From Macrostomum lignano (Eukaryota): DNA of 64,000 nucleotides. This document shows positions 56,173 through 64,000 of the stretch, piece by piece. The position numbers were made by a program, and so were the translations under genes. Under the pieces are notes generated by a model. It did no database searches, had not been told where the DNA came from, and was given only the letters and a program-made list of their open reading frames with translations. Location of the stretch: the NCBI GenBank assembly GCA_002269645.1, contig NIVC01000397.1, forward strand, positions 62,001-126,000, in the 5' to 3' direction. Position 1 is the first letter of the stretch. Every line of letters begins with the position of its first letter.

Positions 56173-59100
56173 ATGAACCAGTCGCACCTGCACCCGCAAC
56201 TGCAAGGCTACCCAGCCGATGCAGCCTATTATCAGTCGTTTATCGCCAATAGCAGCCACTTCCCGCATTCTCCTGCTGTTAGCCAGGTAAGTTTCTCGTG
56301 TACTTTTATGACTATTTACTTCGTACCTATCTTTTTGTATTACTAGTTTAGTATGGCTGAAATTTCCGTTTCGTCTGTATTAGCGGTCCTTTTTGGTCAT
56401 CAAACTCCCAGATACTCATCTACTAGGCAACTAGCACCCGGGATCCTCAGTTGCTGGGCCAGCCTCCCAGATCCACAGTTGCTGGGCCAGCCTCCTAGAT
56501 CCTCAGTTGCTGGGCCAGCCTCCCAGATCCTCAGTTGCTGGGCCAGCCTCCCAGATCCACAGTTGCTGGGCCAGCCTCCTAGATCCTCAGTTGCTGGGCC
56601 AGGAGCCTCCCAGATCCTCAGTTGCTGGGCCAGGAGCCTCCCAGATCCTCAGTTGCTGCGCCAGCCTCCCAGATCCTCAGTTGCTGCGCCAGCCTCCCAG
56701 ATCCTCAGTTGCTGGGCCAGCCTCCCAGATCCTCAGTTGCTGGGGCAGCTCCCAGATCCTCAGTTGCTGCGCCAGCCTCCCAGATCCTCAGTTGCTGGGC
56801 CAGCCTCCCAGATCCTCAGTTGCTGGGGCAGCTCCCAGATCCTCAGTTGCTGAGCCAGCCTTCCAGAGGCTTAGTTGCCGGCCCTCTTAAATGACATGAT
56901 TACTATCACAGACTGCTATCACAGACTATCACTGTATAATAAACATGTTAGTCACGGTAAATAATATTTATCTCATTTAATTCACTAATGTTATCAGTTC
57001 TGTCATCAGTTTGCATCTCGTGCTGTGCGAAAGTCATATAGGCGCTGTGTTGTGTACACTATTTCCAAGTTATGCATACGTTGGAATGTTATTTAATATT
57101 CTATTTAAAACTAACACTTCCAGATGTCCTTCGTTAAGGTAGGTTCACCTGAAACAATTAAGATTGAGTGATGAAGATGGCAGGAAGAAAAGTTTTTCAG
57201 CTTGCCCCTCTTCTATCCTGTTTCTCCCAGATTAATTCAGAGCACACAGTATTTATGTGAACCTAGTTTTCTATCAAGCGTTATAAATGTGCTCTCTTTA
57301 CTCGGCTTGCTGACTGCATGACAACACACGCCTACAATGCTTAGAATTTAGAACAATAGAAATACACAAACAAAATCAACACTGAATAATAGCAGCTATT
57401 AGTTGAATTAGTTGAATTGCTTTGCTTTGTTAGCCAATTTTATTCAAATCGGTGCACATCTTTGACAATTTTCGATTAGGAAATCAATATTGTTCTCTTT
57501 GCTTTGCGTCACACGCCGCGCGCAGCTCAAATTTTGGTAGAAGGGGCGGCATGGAGCTTTGATTTCATTGCGTCGAAATGTTTTTTATTTGAAACAACTT
57601 CTATTTAATATGACAGTACGTCCAATTCCATTAGGATTTGTTACTATTGACAACTGGGCTGATTGATAGCTGTTGCTATTGACAACTGGGCTGATTGATA
57701 GCCCTATAGGAAAAAGTTGTAAAACCGCGGACGGTGTCCGGCGCACTTTTGAAATTTTTCTAAAGCGCAGCGCGTGCACAGGCGCAGCGCCTGCGCGTGC
57801 GCTGCCCTTTCTTACTAGCTGCTGCCTGCTGCTCTAGCAAATACATATACATGGAAATGGGTATAATACCTCTGTTGAAGGGGCTTATACAACTCGCAAT
57901 TTATTAAGCTTAGAGATGTTCCGAAAATTCAATATCAATTTTCCAAAATTTGAATTTTTTAGAGCGAATTTCAATTTCGAAAAAAATTTAGAAGTGAAAA
58001 TTTTGGTAGTGTCTAATAAAAGTCGCTAAAAATAAACTACTTTCTACTACATATACATGTATTACTTTTTGCTTAAGCAGTAAATTGAAAGTAAAAAAGT
58101 GAGTGTTGATCATACTAAACTTTGTTTTTCTGAGTTATGATTTCGGGAAATTTCAATTTTGATTTTGGAAAGTTGGCGAATTTTGATTTCGACGAAACTG
58201 CAGATCTTTCGGAACATCTCTAATAATCCTAAATCGCGGTAAAATAGTTTGACTCTTTTCTAAAGCGCGCGTCCGCGGGTTTTTAACATTTATTCCAATA
58301 GGGATTGATAGCTGTTGCTATTGACAACTGGGCTGATTGGGATTTGTTACTATTGACAACTGGGCTGATTGATAGCTGTTGCTATTGACAACTGGGCTGA
58401 TTGGGATTTGTTACTATTGACAACTGGGCTGATTGGGAGCTGTTGCTATTGACAACTGGGCTGATTGATAGCTGTTGCTATTGACAACTGGGCTGATTGG
58501 GATTTGTTACTATTGACAACTGGGCTGATTGGGAGCTGTTGCTATTGACAACTGGGCTGATTGGGATTTGTTGCTATTGGCAACTGGGCTGATTGATAGC
58601 TGTTACTATTGACAACTGGGCTGATTGATAGCTGTTGCTATTGACAACTGGGCTGATTGGGATTTGTTACTATTGACAACTGGGCTGATTGGGAGCTGTT
58701 GCTATTGACAACTGGGCTGATTAGGATTTGTTACTATTGACAACTGGGCTGATTGATAGCTGTTGCTATTGACAACTGGGCTGATTGATAGCTGTTGCTA
58801 TTGACAACTGGGCTGATTGATAGCTGTTGCTATTGACAACTGGGCTGATTGGGATTTGTTGCTATTGGCAACTGGGCTGATTGGGAGCTGTTGCTATTGA
58901 CAACTAGGCTGATTGAAATTTGTTACTATTGACAACTGGGCTGATTGATAGCTGTTGCTATTGACAACTGGGCTGATTGGGATTTGTTGCTATTGTCAAC
59001 TGGGCTGATTGGGAGCTGTTGCTTTTGACAACTGGGCTGATTGGGATTTGTTACTATTGACAACTGGGCTGATTGATAGCTGTTGCTATTGACAACTGGG

Positions 59101-62100
59101 CTGATTGGGATTTGTTACTATTGACAACTGGGCTGATTGATAGCTGTTGCTATTGACAACTGGGCTGATTGGGATTTGTTGCTATTGGCAACTGGGCTGA
59201 TTGGGAGCTGTTGCTTTTGACAACTGGGCTGATTGGGAGCTGTTGCTATTGACAGTCTGGCTGATTGGAAGCTGTTGCTATTGACAACTGGGCTGATTGG
59301 GATTTGTTGCTATTGACAACCGGGTTTGGATTTGTTGCTATTGACAACGGGGCTAATTAGGGTCTGCTGCTATTGACAACCGGATGACATTGAAATGTAT
59401 CTGGTAACAGCCAATGCTGACAGCAAGTGTTGATTGTTTCAACTAAAATGCCCTGCAACACTTTCCTTTCCAATGGACAACCAGGTTGAGCAAAAAAATT
59501 ATCTGCTTGTTACTTTTTTGCTGCTTTTTTCATGTCTCAATCCCATAAATTCCCAGAACGCAAACAATCCAGTACTTTTCGATAGCAATTAAATGTTTCT
59601 GTAAAAATCCTTACAGATGCCCACAAAGTTTTTTCCCGTTTATTCTTCCCCACAGGTGCCAATCCCATTCAGCAATCTGGTGTATCATCCGTATCACCTG
59701 CTACCGCCGCATCAGGACATGTCAGCCGCTGCTCTCTCCCAGGAGCAGCAGCAACAACAGCAGCAGCAGCAACAGCAGCATCAGCAGATGCTTCTAGGCA
59801 TGCAAGAGCAGGATCACCAGCACCATTATCAATACTATCAGGCCTATCCGCCTGCAGCCGCTCAGCACCATCACCATCCGGGTACAAGCGGAGCTGTACC
59901 TGTCAGCTCCCAGTCCGGAGCCGCAGCTTACATGTACGCCACACCGGATATGTACACCACAGCTAGCGGCTACCTGCCACAGCATCCGCAGTCAGTGCCT
60001 GCCGTCTCATTAAATCATCAGCATCAGCTGCATCATCAGCATCATCTGCATCAGCTGCAGCAGCAGCAACATCAGCAGCAGCAGCAGCAGCAACATCAGC
60101 AGCAGCAGGCGCCTGGCAATGGTGCTGCAATTGAACCTGCTTTAATGCTCGATTCTAATGCTTCATCCTCAGCGGCTGGAGGTGTGAAACTTGCCAGCAA
60201 TGTGCCAATTGTTCCGGCCCCCGCTTCTGCGGCAGCCGTGGCTGAGCAGGCGCAGCAGCAGCAGCAACAACAGCAGCAACAGCAACAGCAGCGTCGGTTA
60301 ACTACTAATAAGCCGCACAGCACCAACCAAGCTCTGGAGCACATCAACAAGCTAATGCTGAAATTGGATTGCGATGATAGCCAATTGTCTAAAGAGGATC
60401 GTGTCGAACGGATCCTGATGTACACCCACATAGCTTTGACTATTCCAACAGTGTGGGCCTATGTCTGCACTTTGTCCGAACTGAAGGACGAAGCCGATTT
60501 AGAGAAGGCCTACAATTTTTTGCATCACCTTAGTCAGAACCGGGTCACCGCCGAGGAATGGTCTGAAGCGATTAAGGCCAAGTCAGTGATATTTAAAGTT
60601 GATGGAGACCGCTTGAAGAAGAAGGTAGGTGGCTGTTTGCATTTTCAGGAATCTGTAACTGCCCCATTTCAATTTGTTAACAATGGATATGTGATGCCAA
60701 GATGCTGAGATGTCAAGGCTCGGTGGGAATTGCTGAAATGCTGTGGCTCTTAGGGGATTGCTGAAATGCTGTGGCTCTTAGGGGATTGCTGAAATGCTGT
60801 GGCTCTTAGGGGAATGGCTTAAATGCTGTGGCTCTTAGGGGATTGCTGAAATGATGTGGCTCTTAGGGGAATTGCTGAACTGCTGTGGCTCTTAAGGGAA
60901 TGGCTTAAATGCTGTGGCTCTTAGGGGATTGCTGAAATGCTGTGGCTCGTAGGGGAATTGCTAAACTGCTGTGGCTCTTAACGGAATGGCTTAAATGCTG
61001 TGGCTCTTAAGAGAATGGCTTAAATGCTGTGGCTCTTAGGGGAATGGCTTAAATGCTGTGGCTCGTAGGGGAATTGCTGAACTGCTGTGGCTCTTAGGGG
61101 AATGGCTTAAATGCTGTGGCTCTTAGGGGAATGGCTTAAATGCTGTGGCTCTTAGGGGAATGGCTTAAATGCTGTGGCTCTTAGGGGAATGGCTTAAATG
61201 CTGTGGCTCTTAGGGGAATGGCTTAAATGCTGTGGCTCGTAGGGGAATTGCTGAACTGCTGTGGCTCTTAACGGAATGGCTTAAATGCTGTGGCTCGTAG
61301 GGGAATTGCTGAACTGCTGTGGCTCTTAACGGAATGGCTTAAATGCTGTGGCTCTTAGGGGAATGGCTTAAATGCTGTGGCTCGTAGGGGAATTGCTGAA
61401 CTGCTGTGGCTCTTAACGGAATGGCTTAAATGCTGTGGCTCTTAAGAGAATGGCTTAAATGCTGTGGCTCTTAGGGGAATGGCTTAAATGCTGTGGCTCT
61501 TAAGGGAATGGCTTAAATGCTGTGGCTCTTAAGGGAATGGCTTAAATGCTGTGGCTCTTAGGGGATTGATGAAATGCCGTGGCTCTTAGGGGATTGCTGA
61601 AATGCTGTGGCTCTTAGGGGAATTGCTGAACTGCTGTGGCTCATGAAGGAGTGTTGCTGAGATGCCAATGTCAATTGTAAGTTGTTGATAGGCTTAAGCC
61701 AAAGGTAGATTAGAGGGAAAGGGAAAGTTAGGGTTCGGTTAAGCCATGGTTTGAAGGAAGGCTTTGATGCCAAAGCTCACAGAGGATGCTGATAGCTTAG
61801 GCTAGATAGATAGCTTTGAAGACTGCCTACATGTAGTTTGCATTAGTTTCTTCGTTGCCCCCTTCGCTAGTCGGGAGCTAATTAGAATCTTGGCTTGGCT
61901 CTACTCGTGCATTTAACGCACTTGAGGCCCAACCCCCAAGGCACAGTTAAGTGTACATGTCTAGCGATAAATAAAGTTGGGCCTGTCGCTGTACACTCCT
62001 GTGTGCAGCGTGTGCCTGTGCGTATGACTGCGTACGTATCCGCACACTTGTGGCAATGCCTCTCACCGGCTGTGTGACACAATTTTAGATTGTGTAGCAT

Positions 62101-64000
62101 GTTGCGGAGTTGAATAATGACCAAAGCATGAGTACAAGGGATGGGGTGGGTGCACTGATTGGTCACTTAGGCAGAGAGTATGATGTACATTGATTACTTG
62201 TGGCGAGGGATAGTTAAATTGACAATCAGATAAGACAATAATAGGCGACTCAGTTTAGTCATGAATTTTAATTAGTTTAGATAAAGCCATGGTAGTATTT
62301 CTATTTGTTCTTATCAGATGGAAAATTCTGCTGTCGGGGTCGCTGAATGGTCTGATAATGGCCGTGTCTGGGTAAAAGTTCTTTACAGTGTCTATTAAAG
62401 CGTAGGGTGCACCACAGATAGTAAAATAATAATAACTGGATGGGCCACTCAGGCGTATATACTTAGTAAAACAACTTTCTACTTTCAGTTCAGTAGCAAT
62501 AAAGAAAGCATGAGCTATTTTATAAGAAAATAAGCAGCTGAAATGACTTTGATAAGTTTAGAAGCCAACACAAGCTTGCTAATTGGTTCAACCATAATGT
62601 ACATTGGCCACTGAAATGTACATGGCCGGCAGCTTTAGGCTGGAACAACCGAAAAAGATGATAAAAATTGATTGGCGGGGCAGGGGTAGAAGTTCTGTGC
62701 GGAGTTTGAGGGTTTAAGCTGAGGGTGGTAAGGGCCAAGGATATAACAACTGGATTGTCAAAGTACTCCCCACTCCACTTAGAGGGTTGAATATGCCTAA
62801 AATGTGACTCGCAAAACCCCTGCTTCCAGCTCATTGGCTGCTATTTTTAGCTCACTTGCTATACCGACCTACCTATGTACATTGCCTGGTGTTAGAAAAC
62901 AAGCTAGGACGGGAGGGCTCGCGAGCCGTAGTGGGTAGAGAGATAAATGTAGGTGTGTGTTTGTAAGGTTGTTATATACTCAGCAACAGCTAAAACCCCC
63001 CCCCCCAACTCACGCTGTCACACGGGCACAAAAGTTAAGCAATGTCTTTAATTATAGTCTCAGTATCGTGTGTAGGAGCCACCCCCTCCCCAAATCCCCC
63101 ATGCCGCACTTTGCGCTCGCGTCTGGCGGCGGCAGCCTTCACACATTTCTGAGTCACCGATGGCATACAAAACTTTTGGGCCGTGTGACAGCGTGAGTTG
63201 GGGGGGTTTAGCTGTTGCTGAGTATATATCTTCCTAGTGTATTTGAAACCCTCCAGCCAATGTCAATGAGCATGAAGGAGGGGATTTGCGGGTCAAAATT
63301 TAAGCATGCTTTAGCGCCAGTCTGACTGTCTTTATCCTTGGTAAGAGCCAACAAACGGGCCTTGTCTTGAACATTAAATATATGCTTCAGTTTAACTTAC
63401 TACTGAACTGAAAGTAGCTTACGCGAAAATATGCTGAGTAGCCCATCTAGTTATTTTAGTACGTGTGGGGTGCACAGAGCCTCCTCACCTGACTGACTCA
63501 AAAAATACCATTCGCTTCCTTTTCTTCAGACCTGCCCGATTCTTCGCATCCAAGGCCGCAACCAGGAGAAGATCAACACCCAATGCGACGACATTAAACA
63601 GAAGCCGTCGCAGCGCTATCGCGTACAGGACAGCCATCAGTTGTCTCAATTGCGCGAGTTTTTCTTCGACTTCTTGCCAACAGAATTGAAGCAGTTGAAT
63701 GTGCATCCGCCGGAACAGCTAGTAGTGGATTTCGCTTCGGTTTTGGTTATCTACAGAGATTCTGACAGCTTTGAGCAGGTTAATTCTCTGCTACCTCAGT
63801 TGGCCTTTACTAAACTGTGCCTGGGCCCCGATTCAAATGCGGTCGCTAATGCCTCAGATTCCGTTGCTATTGACGATCCAGTCGAAGGCGCCAAGCGTAC
63901 ATGGGAGAGTCGGCTGACGCGGTGTAACTGCAACCCGCTCAGTCTGTACGCGGTGCCGGGCAAGTGGCAGTCTTATCCGCTGGTGTCCGACGCTCAGTGG
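56173..64000 (+). CDS. Unknown protein with polyQ/His-rich N-terminus and a probable globular domain; continues beyond the window
   Basis: Phase-0 exons 56173-56286 (MNQSHLHPQLQG...SQ|GTAAGT), 59656-60624 and 63530->64000 (TCPILRIQGRN..., open for 157 codons to the window end). Confidence 0.75.
56435..56865. repeat. About 28-bp minisatellite (CAGATCCTCAGTTGCTGGGCCAGCCTCC), intron 1 of the polyQ gene
   Basis: Period measured at 56701/56729. Confidence 0.9.
57630..59380. repeat. 32-bp satellite (CTGGGCTGATTGATAGCTGTTGCTATTGACAA and variants), interrupted by a MITE
   Basis: Period measured at 58741/58773. Confidence 0.93.
57702..58303. mobile_element. About 600-bp MITE with 8-bp TSD, copy 2
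   Basis: Same TIRs and body as 51050-51640; TSD ATTGATAG at 57694-57701 and 58304-58311. Confidence 0.9.
60720..61645. repeat. About 29-bp satellite (TGCTGTGGCTCTTAGGGGAATGGCTTAAA), intron 2 of the polyQ gene
   Basis: Period measured at 61141/61170. Confidence 0.92.
61885..62085 (+). repeat. Dispersed repeat homologous to 6848-7070
   Basis: Shared GAATCT(C/T)GGCTTGGCTCT.CTCGTGCA.TTAAC...CCAACCCCCAAGG...AATAAAGTT.GG..GCTGTACACTCCT-like...CTGCGTACGTATCCG. Confidence 0.75.
62403..63478. mobile_element. Old foldback/MITE-like element with degenerate inverted ends of about 100 bp
   Basis: AATAACTGGATGGGCCACTCAG...CTACTTTCAGTTCAGTAG mirrored at about 63390-63475. Confidence 0.5.
62979..63222. 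mobile_element. 244-bp TA-flanked MITE with about 60-bp TIRs
   Basis: CTCAGCAACAGCTAAAACCCC...AACTCACGCTGTCACACGG mirrored; TATA on both sides; shares the first 11 bp of its TIR with 19823. Confidence 0.85.

Overview
Eukaryotic (invertebrate animal) genomic DNA with spliceosomal GT-AG introns; no prokaryotic features, CRISPR, rRNA or true tRNA genes. The satellite-rich introns, divergent dynein light chain and polyQ gene resemble a free-living flatworm such as Macrostomum (unverified inference). Six host genes were rebuilt by hand from splice sites and reading phase: S6 kinase (+, 661-16597), an 89-aa LC8-type dynein light chain (+, 21500-23367), cytoplasmic-type actin with a CArG/TATA promoter (-, 23889-25298), an orphan class C GPCR (-, about 28038-35984), a coiled-coil/SAH + ZU5-like + UPA-like + death-domain protein (+, 38444-43269) and a polyQ/His-rich unknown gene that runs off the window (+, 56173->64000). 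Mobile DNA includes a BEL/Pao element with intact pol and target-site duplication (TSD) but no 5' LTR or gag, a 5'-truncated LINE nested in a TA-flanked MITE, two CORE-like tRNA-SINEs, a decayed DIRS/Ngaro-type tyrosine recombinase, a Tc1-like remnant, two adjacent Mutator-like foldback elements with 9-bp TSDs and two copies of an 8-bp-TSD MITE. Most long introns carry their own minisatellite, which explains most long ORFs in the supplied track.
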